A stretch of 64,000 nucleotides of DNA. It comes from Pseudonocardiales bacterium. Lineage in GTDB: Bacteria > Actinomycetota > Actinomycetes > Mycobacteriales > Jatrophihabitantaceae. The notes below the pieces were generated by a model, which saw nothing but the letters and a program-made list of their open reading frames with translations, was not told the origin of the DNA and did no database searches. Positions 36,251-46,303 of the stretch are shown here, one piece after another; position 1 is the first letter of the stretch; each line of letters begins with the position of its first letter. The stretch lies in the NCBI GenBank assembly GCA_032160665.1, contig JAVHVH010000129.1, forward strand, positions 6,621-70,620, written 5' to 3'. Both the position numbers and the translations under genes were made by a program.

Positions 36251-37375
36251 TCAGATCCAGCCCCGGCGTTTGAACACGATGTAGAGGACGAGACTGATCA
36301 GGCCCATGAGCGCCACCGCGAGTGGATAGCCGAACACCCAGTCCAGCTCCGGCATGACCCGGAAATTCATCCCGTAGATCGTTCCGACGAGGGTGGGCGC
36401 GAACCCGATGGCGGCCCACGCCGAGATCTTCTTGACCTCGTCGTTCTGCAGGTTGCTCGTGCGGCTCAGCGCCGTCATCTCCTCGTTCTGCTTCTGCGCC
36501 ACGAGGATCGAGTTCACCTGCAGGATGTCGCGCAGCAGTACCCGGAAGCTGTCGATCCGCTCGTTCACCTGGGTGACGTGGTCGGCGACGTCGCGCAGGG
36601 CGCGGCGCAGCTCCTCGTCCACGTCGTACTTGTCGAAGCCGCCGGCCAGAGCATCGAGCATGCTCCCGAGTGGGTGGGCGGCCCGCTGGAAGTCCACGAC
36701 CTCCCGGGACAGTTCGTAGATGCGCCGCGACACCCGCGGGTCGCCGTCGAACACCTCGGTCTCGATCTCGTCGATGTCGTTCTCGAGGCCGCCGACCACG
36801 GGCCCGTAGCCGTCGACCACCGCGTCGAGGATCGCGTACAGGACGGCCTCCGTGCCTCGGGCCAGCAGTTCGGGCTCGTGCTCGAGGCGGCGCCGCACGA
36901 CGGCGAGGTCCGGCGATTCGGCGTGCCGGACCGTGATGACGAAGTCCCGGCCGATGAACATGTGCAGCTCGCCGAACTCCACCTGCTCGACGTCATCGAG
37001 GTAGCGGGCCGCTCGCAGCACCACGAACAGCGTGTCGCCGTAGCGCTCGAGTTTCGGACGCTGGTGCGCGGTGATCGCGTCCTCGACGGCCAGCTCGTGC
37101 AGGTTGAACTCGGCCGCGAGCTCGGCCAGTTCGGAGGCGTCCGGGCGGTACAGACCGATCCAGGCCATGCCGTCGGGTTGCTCCCGCAGGGCCTCGAACG
37201 TGTCGGCCAGCGTGGCCGGCGAGCACTGTCGCTTCCCGCCGCAGTAGACGGCGCTGTCGACGAGTCCGGAGCCGGTACGGGCCGCCGGCGTGTCCGGCAT
37301 CGGCGCGGGGCCGACCTTTCTGCGCGGGCGTCGCCGGATGAGGCTGACGCCGGGCAGGTGACGACGGTCGGACAT
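36251..37375 (-). CDS. corA: CorA family Mg/Co transporter
   Basis: WIGL, HQRPKLERY, PTLVGTIYGMNF..MPELDW. Confidence 0.93.
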   Translation of the reverse strand: MSDRRHLPGVSLIRRRPRRKVGPAPMPDTPAARTGSGLVDSAVYCGGKRQCSPATLADTFEALREQPDGMAWIGLYRPDASELAELAAEFNLHELAVEDAITAHQRPKLERYGDTLFVVLRAARYLDDVEQVEFGELHMFIGRDFVITVRHAESPDLAVVRRRLEHEPELLARGTEAVLYAILDAVVDGYGPVVGGLENDIDEIETEVFDGDPRVSRRIYELSREVVDFQRAAHPLGSMLDALAGGFDKYDVDEELRRALRDVADHVTQVNERIDSFRVLLRDILQVNSILVAQKQNEEMTALSRTSNLQNDEVKKISAWAAIGFAPTLVGTIYGMNFRVMPELDWVFGYPLAVALMGLISLVLYIVFKRRGWI

Positions 37376-37499
37376 GGATCGACGATAGCGGCGCCGGGGG
37401 TCCGGGGGCTGTTGGCACTCTGCGGCGTTGGCCGGCTTCCCGGAGTGGCACGCTGGAGATGTACACCCCGGCCGACGCAATTCAGCAAAAGGACGACCT

Positions 37500-37991
37500 T
37501 TGACCCTCTACGACATTCCCGTACAGACCCTTGCCGGCGAATACACCACGCTGCGCGAGTACGCGGGCGGACCGATGCTCATCGTCAACGTCGCCTCCAA
37601 GTGCGGCCTGACTCCGCAATACGAGACCTTGCAGGAGCTCCACGAGGAGTACGCACCGCGAGGCCTGACCGTGCTGGGCTTCCCGTGCAACCAGTTCATG
37701 GCGCAGGAGCCGGGCACGCCGAGCGAGATCATGCAGTTCTGCTCGGTGACCTACGGCGTGACGTTCCCGTTGTTCGCCAAGATCGACGTCAACGGGCCGG
37801 AGCGGCATCCGCTCTACGAGGTGCTGGTCCAGGCGGCGGATTCGGCGGGGGTGGCCGGTGACGTTCAGTGGAACTTCGAGAAGTTCCTGGTCGGCGCGGA
37901 CGGCGCGGTGCGCCGCCGCTTCCGCCCGCAGGTCAAGCCGCTGTCCGAGGAGATCGTCGGCGCCATCGACGCCGAGCTGGCCCGTGTCTGA
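37500..37991 (+). CDS. Glutathione/thioredoxin peroxidase (Gpx family)
   Basis: NVASKCGLTPQY, GFPCNQF, WNFEKFL; TTG start. Confidence 0.93.
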   Translation: MTLYDIPVQTLAGEYTTLREYAGGPMLIVNVASKCGLTPQYETLQELHEEYAPRGLTVLGFPCNQFMAQEPGTPSEIMQFCSVTYGVTFPLFAKIDVNGPERHPLYEVLVQAADSAGVAGDVQWNFEKFLVGADGAVRRRFRPQVKPLSEEIVGAIDAELARV

Positions 37992-38077
37992 CCCCGCCTG
38001 ACCCTGACCCTGTCGGGGCCGCTCGCGCGGTGGCCTGGCGACGCCGAGAGGGTCAAAGTCGGCGGAGGAGCGGCAGG

Positions 38078-39391
38078 ATGACGGGCATGCAGGATCGAGT
38101 CCCGCCGCCAGAGACCCTCGACCCGATCGAGCGCGCGTCCGTCGACGAGCTTCGGGCGCTCCAGCTCGAACGGCTGCAGTGGTCGGTCGGCCACGCGTAC
38201 GCCAACGTGCCGCATTACCGGGGCGCGTTCGACGCCGTCGGAGGCCACCCGTCCGACGTCCGCGAGCTCGCCGACCTCGCCCGGCTGCCGTTCACCACCA
38301 AGGCCGACCTTCGCAACAACTACCCGTTCGGCATGTTCGCGGTGCCCCAGTCCCAGGTGTCGCGGGTGCACGCGTCGAGCGGGACGACCGGCCGCCCGAC
38401 CGTCGTCGGCTACACCGCCGACGACATCCGCACCTGGTCCACGGTCATGGCGCGGTCGATCCGCGCGTCCGGCGGCCGCCCGGGCGACAAGGTGCACGTC
38501 GCGTACGGGTACGGGCTGTTCACCGGCGGTCTGGGCGCGCACTACGGCGCCGAGGCGCTCGGTTGCACGGTGATCCCGGTGTCGGGCGGGATGACCGAGC
38601 GCCAAGTGATGCTGATCCGCGACTTCGAGCCGGACGTCATCATGGTGACCCCGTCGTACATGCTCGCGATTGTCGACGAGATGGAGCGGCAAGGTGTCGA
38701 CCCGCGGGCCACGTCGCTGGCGGTCGGCATCTTCGGGGCCGAGCCGTGGACGAACGACATGCGGACCGAGATGGAACAACGGCTCGACATGCACGCCGTC
38801 GACATCTACGGGTTGTCAGAGGTGATGGGTCCTGGCGTTGCCAACGAGTGCGTCGAGACGAAGGACGGCCTGCACATCTGGGAGGACCACTTCTATCCCG
38901 AGATCATCGACCCGGTGACGGACGAGGTGCTGCCGGACGGGTCCGAGGGCGAACTCGTGTTCACCTCCCTGACCAAGCAGGCCATGCCGGTGATCCGCTA
39001 TCGCACCCGCGATCTGACCCGGCTGCTGCCCGGGACCGCCCGCGCGATGCGCCGGATGGAGAAGATCACGGGACGCTCGGATGACATGATCATCCTCCGC
39101 GGCGTGAACCTCTTCCCGTCCCAGATCGAGGAGCTGATCCTGCGAGTTCCGGCGCTGTCGCCGCACTTCCAGTGCGTGCTGTCGCGGTCGGGCCGGTTGG
39201 ACGAGATGACCGTGCGCGTGGAGCGGCGCAAGGACGCGTCGGTCGCGGATGCCGAAGCGGCCGGACGGGAGCTGCACACGCTCGTCAAGAACACGATCGG
39301 CGTGTCGGTAGCGGTCGAAGTCGTCGACCCGGAAGGCGTGGAGCGTTCGATGGGCAAGATGCGCCGCATCGTCGACGAGCGTCCGAAATGA
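38078..39391 (+). CDS. paaK: Phenylacetate-CoA ligase
   Basis: HASSGTTGRPT, YGLFTGGLGAHYG, DIYGLSE, RYRTRDL. Confidence 0.95.
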   Translation: MTGMQDRVPPPETLDPIERASVDELRALQLERLQWSVGHAYANVPHYRGAFDAVGGHPSDVRELADLARLPFTTKADLRNNYPFGMFAVPQSQVSRVHASSGTTGRPTVVGYTADDIRTWSTVMARSIRASGGRPGDKVHVAYGYGLFTGGLGAHYGAEALGCTVIPVSGGMTERQVMLIRDFEPDVIMVTPSYMLAIVDEMERQGVDPRATSLAVGIFGAEPWTNDMRTEMEQRLDMHAVDIYGLSEVMGPGVANECVETKDGLHIWEDHFYPEIIDPVTDEVLPDGSEGELVFTSLTKQAMPVIRYRTRDLTRLLPGTARAMRRMEKITGRSDDMIILRGVNLFPSQIEELILRVPALSPHFQCVLSRSGRLDEMTVRVERRKDASVADAEAAGRELHTLVKNTIGVSVAVEVVDPEGVERSMGKMRRIVDERPK

Positions 39392-39392
39392 A

Positions 39393-40019
39393 TCAGCGCC
39401 GGGCGCGCAGGCCGTCGAAGGCCGCGTTGCTCACCGCGTCGGCCAGCTCATCGATCCCGTGCCCGCTGCCCGGGTGCAGCCATTCGGTCAGCGAGTTGAC
39501 CATGCCGAAGAGCAGCCGAGCGGTCACCGCCGGGTCGACGTCGGGGCGCAGGTCGCCGTCGTCCACGGCCTGCTGAACCAGGCTGGCGGCCTGCTGGTCG
39601 AGGCGGCGGCGACGGGCGAGAGCCTGGCTCTCGATCACGCTGTTGCCGCGTACCCGCAGCAACAGGGTGACGTACGGCAGGCGCTCGACGAGCACCGCGA
39701 TGCTCTGCCGGACGAGCAGCTCCAACCGGTCGACGGCCGAGCCCGGCATCGTGCTCACCTGCCACGCGACGTCCTCGAGAGCGGACAGCGCGTGGTCCAG
39801 CGCCAGGCCGAGCAACGCGTCCTTGCCCGCGACGTGGTGGTAGATGGCCGACTTGCTGATGCCGAGCCGCCGCGCGAGATCCTCCATGCTCGTACCGTCG
39901 AAGCCGCGCTCGTTGAACACCTCGACGCTGCCGTCCAGCACGGCCGCGAGGTCGAGCCCGGGTCGGCCGCGACGGCGTGGCTCGACGGTCGGTTGGCTCG
40001 CGCCGGGTGCCGGACTCAT
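39393..40019 (-). CDS. paaR: TetR-family PaaR-type regulator
   Basis: FNERGFDGTSMEDLARRLGISKSAIYHH; position inside the paa cluster. Confidence 0.82.
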   Translation of the reverse strand: MSPAPGASQPTVEPRRRGRPGLDLAAVLDGSVEVFNERGFDGTSMEDLARRLGISKSAIYHHVAGKDALLGLALDHALSALEDVAWQVSTMPGSAVDRLELLVRQSIAVLVERLPYVTLLLRVRGNSVIESQALARRRRLDQQAASLVQQAVDDGDLRPDVDPAVTARLLFGMVNSLTEWLHPGSGHGIDELADAVSNAAFDGLRARR

Positions 40020-40417
40020 GCGCGCAGCTCCGTACTTCGCCCGCGGAATTCAGCAACGACCTCGTCCCCGCGGCGCACGGTGACGTCATAGATGCCGTGC
40101 CGTCCGTGCCGGGCGCGCACCTGAGCATGGGCCTCGAGTTCGTCCCCGAGCCGGCTGGGGCCGAGGAAGGAGATCTCGGCCCCGGCCGCGACGGTCGCCG
40201 GTCCCCAGCTGTTGCAGGCGCACGCGAATGCCGTGTCGGCGAGGCTGAAGATCAGCCCGCCGTGCGCGATGTCGTGGCCGTTCACCATGTCCGGGCCGAT
40301 TCTCATCCGGGTTCGCGCCCAGCCGGGTCCGTGCTCGACGAGGACGATGCCCAACGCCGCCGACGCGCGATCCGCGGCCATCATCGAACGCACCACGTCG
40401 GTCTGGTCATTCGGCAC
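40016..40417 (-). CDS. paaI: Phenylacetyl-CoA thioesterase PaaI
   Basis: DMVNGHDIAHGGLIFSLADTAFACACNS. Confidence 0.92.
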   Translation of the reverse strand: MPNDQTDVVRSMMAADRASAALGIVLVEHGPGWARTRMRIGPDMVNGHDIAHGGLIFSLADTAFACACNSWGPATVAAGAEISFLGPSRLGDELEAHAQVRARHGRHGIYDVTVRRGDEVVAEFRGRSTELRA

Positions 40418-40438
40418 ACCGAGACGCTAGCATGGATA

Positions 40439-40460
40439 ACTGACCGATCGGTCGGTAAAT
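40439..40460. promoter_or_regulatory. PaaR operator
   Basis: ACTGACCGATCGGTCGGTAAAT matches the actinobacterial PaaR box ACTNACCGNNCGNNCGGTNAGT with one mismatch, between divergent paaI and paaZ. Confidence 0.8.
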
Positions 40461-40480
40461 CGGGGCTTGGAGTGGATCAC

Positions 40481-42520
40481 ATGACGCTGCGCAGTTACGT
40501 CCAGGGTTCGTGGGTTGAGCCGAGCGGGGACGACGGCGTGGCGATGTTCGACGCCGTGACCGGCGAGCAGATCGACACCGTGTCCAGCGCGGGCGTCGAC
40601 ATGGCGGGTGCGCTCGCCTACGGGCGGACGGTCGGAGGATCGGCGCTGCGCGATCTGAACTTCCACCAGCGCGCGGCGATCCTGAAATCCCTGGCCCTGC
40701 ACCTGCGCGAGCAGCGCGAGGACCTCTACGCCGTCTCGGCCCGCACCGGCGCCACACTCGGCGATTCGAAATTCGACGTCGACGGCGGCATCGGCGTGCT
40801 GCTGGCGTACGCGAGCAAGGGCAAGCGAGAACTCCCGGCCGACACGGTGATCGTCGAGGGCCCGGCCGAGCCGCTGGGCCGCGGCGGGCAATTCCTCGGT
40901 CAGCACATCCTGACGCCGCTGCGCGGGGTGGCCGTGCAGGTGAATGCCTTCAACTTCCCGGTCTGGGGGCCACTGGAGAAGTTCGCGCCCGCGTTCCTCG
41001 CCGGGGTCCCGACCATCGTCAAGCCCGCCTCCGCGACGGCCTTCCTGACCTTCCGGCTCGTCGCGCTGGCCGTCGAGTCCGGGCTGCTGCCTGACGGGGC
41101 CTTGCAACTCGTGTGCGGCAGCGTCGGTGATCTCTTCGACCACCTGACCGACCAGGACCTCGTCTCGTTCACCGGCTCGGCGTCCACCGCCCAACGGCTG
41201 CGCACGCACCCCACGATCGTCGGACGGTCGGTGCGGTTCAACGCCGAGGCCGACTCGCTGAACTGCTCGATCCTCGGCCCGGATGCCGGTCCGGACACGC
41301 CGGAGTTCGATCTCTACGTCAAGCAGCTCGTCTCCGAGATGACCGTCAAAGCCGGGCAGAAGTGCACCGCGATCCGCCGCGCACTCGTGCCGGTTGACTT
41401 CGTCGACGCGGTCGCCGACGCGGCGGCAGCCCGGCTCGCCAAGGTGACGATCGGCAATCCGGCCGACGAGTCCGTCCGGATGGGCGCGCTCGCCAGTCGT
41501 GATCAGCGCGATGAGGTCCGCCGCTCGCTGAAGTCGTTGCTGTCGGTAGGCACTGCTGTGTTCGGTGACCCCGACCGGGTCGATGTCGTCGGGGCGGACG
41601 CCGAGCGGGGCGCGTTCATCTCACCCGTTCTCATCCGGTGCGAGGACTCCGGCCGCGCCGAGCCGCACGAGGTCGAGGCGTTCGGGCCGGTCAGCACCTT
41701 GATCGGGTATCGCGACGCCGAGCACGCCATCGAGCTGGCGGCGCGCGGGCAAGGCAGCCTGGCCGGGTCGATCGTCACCAACGATGCCGACTTCGCGCGG
41801 ACCGTCGTGCTCGGCGTTGCGCCGTGGCACGGCCGGCTCCTGGTGCTTGACCGCGATGACGCGCCGGAGTCGACGGGGCACGGGTCGCCGTTGCCGATGC
41901 TCGTGCACGGCGGTCCAGGACGCGCGGGTGGCGGCGAGGAGCTGGGCGGCCTTCGCGGGGTCACACACCACATGCAGCGCACCGCGATCCAGGCCAGCCC
42001 GCGAGTTCTGGGAGCGATCACTGGACGGTGGGTGCGGGGCGCCGCGCGTACCGACGACGGCGTGCACCCGTTCCGCAAGTCGCTCGCCGAGCTGACGGTG
42101 GGGGACTCGCTGACCGCAGGTCCGCGCCTGGTCACCGCCGAGGACGTCGCACATTTCGCGGACTTCACCGGCGACACCTTCTACGCGCACACCGACGCCG
42201 AGGCGGCCGCCGCGAACCCGTTCTTCGACGGCATCGTGGCGCACGGATATCTCGTCGTGTCCCTGGCGGCCGGGCTGTTCGTCGACCCGGATCCGGGCCC
42301 GGTACTGGCGAACTACGGCATCGACGACCTGCGCTTCCTCACCCCGGTCTATCCGGGTGACGAGCTGACGGTCACGCTCACCTGCAAGGCGATCACGCCC
42401 CGCGGCGACAGCGCGCACGGCGAGGTCCGATGGGACGCCGAGGTCACCAAGCAGGACGGTTCGGTGGCCGCACAGTACGACGTCCTCACCATGGTTGCTC
42501 GCGAATGGCCGCAGGCATGA
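40481..42520 (+). CDS. paaZ: Bifunctional oxepin-CoA hydrolase/aldehyde dehydrogenase PaaZ
   Basis: [27 protein letters not shown], then MaoC domain FTGDTFYAH. Confidence 0.95.
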   Translation: MTLRSYVQGSWVEPSGDDGVAMFDAVTGEQIDTVSSAGVDMAGALAYGRTVGGSALRDLNFHQRAAILKSLALHLREQREDLYAVSARTGATLGDSKFDVDGGIGVLLAYASKGKRELPADTVIVEGPAEPLGRGGQFLGQHILTPLRGVAVQVNAFNFPVWGPLEKFAPAFLAGVPTIVKPASATAFLTFRLVALAVESGLLPDGALQLVCGSVGDLFDHLTDQDLVSFTGSASTAQRLRTHPTIVGRSVRFNAEADSLNCSILGPDAGPDTPEFDLYVKQLVSEMTVKAGQKCTAIRRALVPVDFVDAVADAAAARLAKVTIGNPADESVRMGALASRDQRDEVRRSLKSLLSVGTAVFGDPDRVDVVGADAERGAFISPVLIRCEDSGRAEPHEVEAFGPVSTLIGYRDAEHAIELAARGQGSLAGSIVTNDADFARTVVLGVAPWHGRLLVLDRDDAPESTGHGSPLPMLVHGGPGRAGGGEELGGLRGVTHHMQRTAIQASPRVLGAITGRWVRGAARTDDGVHPFRKSLAELTVGDSLTAGPRLVTAEDVAHFADFTGDTFYAHTDAEAAAANPFFDGIVAHGYLVVSLAAGLFVDPDPGPVLANYGIDDLRFLTPVYPGDELTVTLTCKAITPRGDSAHGEVRWDAEVTKQDGSVAAQYDVLTMVAREWPQA

Positions 42521-43515
42521 CCGAGATCCTGGAACTCGAACAGCACTTCGCCGAGACGATCGCGCACGAGCGGCGCGTCGAGCCGCGGGACTGGATGCCC
42601 GACGCGTACCGGAACACCATGATCCGCCAGATCGCGCAGCACGCGCATTCGGAGATCATCGGCATGCAGCCCGAAGGCAACTGGATCACGCGGGCGCCGT
42701 CGTTGCGTCGCAAGGCGATCCTGATCGCGAAGGTGCAGGACGAGGCCGGCCACGGGATGTACCTGTATTCGGCCGCCGAGACGCTCGGGGCCGATCGCGC
42801 CGATCTGACCGACAAGCTGATCACCGGCCGGCAGAAGTACTCGTCGATCTTCAACTACCCGACGCTGTCCTATGCCGACGTCGGGGTGATCGGCTGGCTC
42901 GTCGACGGGGCGGCGATCTGCAACCAGGTGCCGTTGTGCCGGTCGTCGTACGGGGCGTACGCGCGGGCGATGGTGCGCATCTGCAAGGAGGAGTCCTTCC
43001 ACCAGCGGCAGGGCTATGAGCTGCTGATGACGATGATGCGTGGCACCGAAGCCCAGCGCGAGATGGTGCAGGACGCGACGAACCGGTTCTGGTGGCCGTC
43101 ACTGATGATGTTCGGGCCGCCCGACGACCAGTCGCCGAACACCGAACGGTCGATGGCGTGGGGCATCAAGCGGCATACCAACGACGAGCTGCGCCAGCGC
43201 TTCGTCGACATGACCGTTCCGCAAGCCGAGAAGCTCGGCGTCACGCTCCCCGACCCCGACCTGCGGTGGAACCCCGAGCGTGGTCGCTACGACTTCGGCG
43301 CCGTCGACTGGGACGAGCTGACCCAGGTGATCAAGGGCAACGGACCGTGCAACGCGCAGCGGGTGGCGCACCGCAAGGCCGCGCACGCCGAGGGAGCCTG
43401 GGTCCGCGAAGCCGCCACCGCCCACGCCACGAAACACTCCGGCTTTGCACCTTTCAGCTCCCCAAATCGACCCGATCCGGGGAGCTCAAAGGTGCAAAGC
43501 GAGGTACAGCGATGA
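42517..43515 (+). CDS. paaA: Phenylacetyl-CoA epoxidase subunit PaaA
   Basis: [32 protein letters not shown]. Confidence 0.96.
   Translation: MTEILELEQHFAETIAHERRVEPRDWMPDAYRNTMIRQIAQHAHSEIIGMQPEGNWITRAPSLRRKAILIAKVQDEAGHGMYLYSAAETLGADRADLTDKLITGRQKYSSIFNYPTLSYADVGVIGWLVDGAAICNQVPLCRSSYGAYARAMVRICKEESFHQRQGYELLMTMMRGTEAQREMVQDATNRFWWPSLMMFGPPDDQSPNTERSMAWGIKRHTNDELRQRFVDMTVPQAEKLGVTLPDPDLRWNPERGRYDFGAVDWDELTQVIKGNGPCNAQRVAHRKAAHAEGAWVREAATAHATKHSGFAPFSSPNRPDPGSSKVQSEVQR
43442..43500. repeat. REP-like palindrome (22-bp arms, 1 mismatch) inside the paaA 3' end
   Basis: gctttgcacctttcagctcccc-N15-ggggagctcaaaggtgcaaagc. Confidence 0.75.
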
Positions 43516-43793
43516 GTGACTGGCCGCTCTACGAGGTGTTCTTGCGCGGGAAGCGGGGGCTCAACCACGTCCACGTCGGCTCGCTGCACGCAGCCGATCC
43601 GCAGATGGCGCTGCACCACGCGCGTGACCTCTACACGCGGCGCAACGAGGGCGTGAGCATCTGGGTCGTGGCCGCCGTAGACATCACCGCGTCCAGCCCG
43701 GACGAGAAGGACCCGTTCTTCGCTCCCGCCGGCGACAAGGTGTATCGGCACCCGACCTTCTACGACATCCCCGACGACGTCCCCCACATGTGA
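43512..43793 (+). CDS. paaB: PaaB
   Basis: [38 protein letters not shown]. Confidence 0.96.
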   Translation: MSDWPLYEVFLRGKRGLNHVHVGSLHAADPQMALHHARDLYTRRNEGVSIWVVAAVDITASSPDEKDPFFAPAGDKVYRHPTFYDIPDDVPHM

Positions 43794-44668
43794 TCACCAT
43801 GAACCACGACACTCCCTACGACGGGCTGGCCGACGAGCACGGCGACGACCACCGCTGGGCTTTCGGCACCGGCTTCACCGATCCGCTCGAGGGCGTCGAC
43901 ACGAGCGTGCCGGACGGTGTGGACGCACCCGCGCTCGCCGCCTACTGCCTGATGCTGGGCGATGACGCGCTGATCTACTCGCACCGCCTGCAGCAGTGGA
44001 TGACGCGCCTGCCCGAACTCGAGGAAGAGACCGCGATCGCCAACGTCGCGCTCGACCTCCTGGGCCAGGCCCGCATGCTGCTCGCCCGCGCCGGCACGAT
44101 CGACGGGCGGACCGAGGACGAGCTCGCGTACTTCCGCGACGAACCGCAGTTCCGCAACGTCCGCCTCGTCGAGCCGATCGACCGCGACTTCGCCGAGCTC
44201 GTCGGACGCCTGCTGATCTTCTCCACCTGGCGTCTGGCCTTGTTCGAGCAGCTGGGCAATTCGCGCGACCCGGTGCTGGCCGCGATCGCCGGCAAGGGAG
44301 TCAAGGAACTGACCTATCACCGCGACTACGCCGCCCAGTGGGTCGTGCGCCTGGGCGATGGCACCGCGTTGTCCAAGCAGCGCATGCAGGCCGCGCTGCA
44401 CGCCATCTGGCCGCTCGTCGACGAGCTGTTCCGGACACACCCGGTCGAGACGGCGCTGCCGTCGGTCGCGGCCGCCGCGGACCGGCGCGACGTCGACGCC
44501 GTGCTGGACACAGTCCTGGCGACGGCCGGGCTCGACCGTCCCGACGCGGCTGCGCTGGCCGGCGTCGGCGGTCGCACCGGGCGCGACGGCGTCCATACCG
44601 AGGCGATGGGATACGTGCTGGCCGAATTGCAGAGCATCGCCCGCGCCCACCCGGACGCGACATGGTGA
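43790..44668 (+). CDS. paaC: PaaC
   Basis: LGDDALIYSHRL, ELEEETAIANVALDLLGQAR, KELTYH. Confidence 0.95.
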   Translation: MITMNHDTPYDGLADEHGDDHRWAFGTGFTDPLEGVDTSVPDGVDAPALAAYCLMLGDDALIYSHRLQQWMTRLPELEEETAIANVALDLLGQARMLLARAGTIDGRTEDELAYFRDEPQFRNVRLVEPIDRDFAELVGRLLIFSTWRLALFEQLGNSRDPVLAAIAGKGVKELTYHRDYAAQWVVRLGDGTALSKQRMQAALHAIWPLVDELFRTHPVETALPSVAAAADRRDVDAVLDTVLATAGLDRPDAAALAGVGGRTGRDGVHTEAMGYVLAELQSIARAHPDATW

Positions 44669-45216
44669 ACGAGCTCGCGAGTGGACCGGAGGTGTCGGGC
44701 TCGGCCGCCCGAACGGGCGCAGCGAGGCAGGGCGTGAGCGCGTGGACGGTCGCCGCCGAGACTCCCGACCCGGAACTGCCCACGCTGACGCTGGCCGATC
44801 TCGGCATCCTGCGCGACGTCAGCGAAGCTGGCGACACCGTCGTCGCGACCATCACGCCGACCTACTCGGGTTGCCCGGCGATGCGGGAGATGAGCCAGGA
44901 TCTGCGGCACCGGCTGCAGCGGGCGGGCTTCCGCGACGTCCAGGTCCGCACCCGGCTGGCCCCCGCCTGGAGCAGCGACTGGATCACCGCCGAAGGGCGG
45001 GCCAAGCTGAGCGCTGCGGGCATCGCCCCGCCAACCGGTGCCGCCCGAAGCGCGGGGCCGATCCCGCTCACTCTCGGCCGTCCGGCTGCGGTCACCTGCC
45101 CGCGCTGTGGTTCGGTGCGCACGACGCAGACCGCCGCATTCAGCGCTACGGCCTGCAAGGCACTGCACCGCTGTGCGGATTGTCGCGAGCCGTTCGAGGC
45201 AGTGAAACCGATATGA
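44662..45216 (+). CDS. paaD: PaaD (Fe-S assembly-like subunit)
   Basis: DPELPTLTLADLGILR, TPTYSGCPAM, CPRCGS, TACKAL..C..C.EPFE. Confidence 0.93.
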   Translation: MVNELASGPEVSGSAARTGAARQGVSAWTVAAETPDPELPTLTLADLGILRDVSEAGDTVVATITPTYSGCPAMREMSQDLRHRLQRAGFRDVQVRTRLAPAWSSDWITAEGRAKLSAAGIAPPTGAARSAGPIPLTLGRPAAVTCPRCGSVRTTQTAAFSATACKALHRCADCREPFEAVKPI

Positions 45217-46259
45217 GGACGGAATTCTTTCCGCTGCGGGTTGCGGCGGTCGAGCCGCTCACCGACGACTCCGCCGCCGTCACGTTCGACGTCCCCGACG
45301 AGTTGAGGACGACGTTCGCCTTCGCGCCCGGCCAGTCGATGACGGTCCGACGAGGCGGCGAGCGGCGGTCCTACTCGATCTGCGCACCCGTCGGCCGGGC
45401 GCCACGGATCGGCGTGCGCGAGGTCGTCGGCGGCGCGGTCTCGGGATGGCTCGTGCGCGAGCTGAGGGCGGGCGACGTGGTCGACGTCCAGGCTCCGACC
45501 GGGACGTTCACGCCCGACCTGACCACCGCCGGTCGGCACGTCCTCATCGCGGCCGGCTCGGGCATCACGCCGATGATCTCGATCGCGGCGTCCCTCCTGG
45601 CGGCCTCCGCAGACGCGACCGTCACGCTCATCTACGGCAACCGCCGCAGCGACTCGGTGATGTTCGCCGACGACGTCGCCGACCTCAAGGACGCCCATCC
45701 GGCGCGGATGCGGATCGTGCACGTGCTCTCCCGCGAAGCACAGGAGGTCGAGCTGTTCACTGGGCGCCTTGATGCCGGCCGGCTGAGTGCCCTGCTGCCG
45801 GCCACCGTCGAGGTCGCGGGCGTCGACCACTGGTGGCTGTGCGGGCCGTTCGGCATGGTCACCGACGCCATCGACGTCCTGACCGAATTCGGGGTCGACC
45901 GGGCGCGGATCCACCGGGAGCTGTTCTACGTCGAGGCCGCGCCGCCGGCCGAAGTGCAGCACGTCGATGCACCGGTGGGGCCCGGTGCCGAGGTGACGGT
46001 GGTTCTCGACGGTCGCACGAGCGTCGTCACGATCCCGCCCGATACTCCCGTGCTCGACGGTGCCCAGCGCTCTCGGCCCGATCTCCCGTTCGCGTGCAAG
46101 GGCGGCGTCTGCGGCACGTGCCGAGCACGGGTGACCAGCGGAGAGGTCCGGATGCGGCGCAACTACGCGCTGGAGCCGGCCGAGGTCGACGCCGGCTACG
46201 TGCTGACCTGCCAGTCGATACCGGTGTCGGATCGGGTGACGGTCGACTACGACGTATGA
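45213..46259 (+). CDS. paaE: PaaE reductase (FAD/NAD plus 2Fe-2S)
   Basis: RSYSIC, AAGSGITP, LCGP, ACKGGVCGTC, VLTCQ. Confidence 0.95.
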   Translation: MRTEFFPLRVAAVEPLTDDSAAVTFDVPDELRTTFAFAPGQSMTVRRGGERRSYSICAPVGRAPRIGVREVVGGAVSGWLVRELRAGDVVDVQAPTGTFTPDLTTAGRHVLIAAGSGITPMISIAASLLAASADATVTLIYGNRRSDSVMFADDVADLKDAHPARMRIVHVLSREAQEVELFTGRLDAGRLSALLPATVEVAGVDHWWLCGPFGMVTDAIDVLTEFGVDRARIHRELFYVEAAPPAEVQHVDAPVGPGAEVTVVLDGRTSVVTIPPDTPVLDGAQRSRPDLPFACKGGVCGTCRARVTSGEVRMRRNYALEPAEVDAGYVLTCQSIPVSDRVTVDYDV

Positions 46260-46303
46260 GGGCGTACTAACGTCGAAACCGGACATCGACGAAGGAGTAC
46301 GCG

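Noticed and set aside
37992-38056. Hairpin between gpx and paaK as a REP family member
   Set aside because: Imperfect, single copy in the window, no similarity to the paaA palindrome; probably a terminator-like structure.
41900-42520. PaaZ with a dead hydratase domain, which would imply a tropone/tropodithietate shunt
   Set aside because: The MaoC catalytic D and H (GDTFYAH) are intact.
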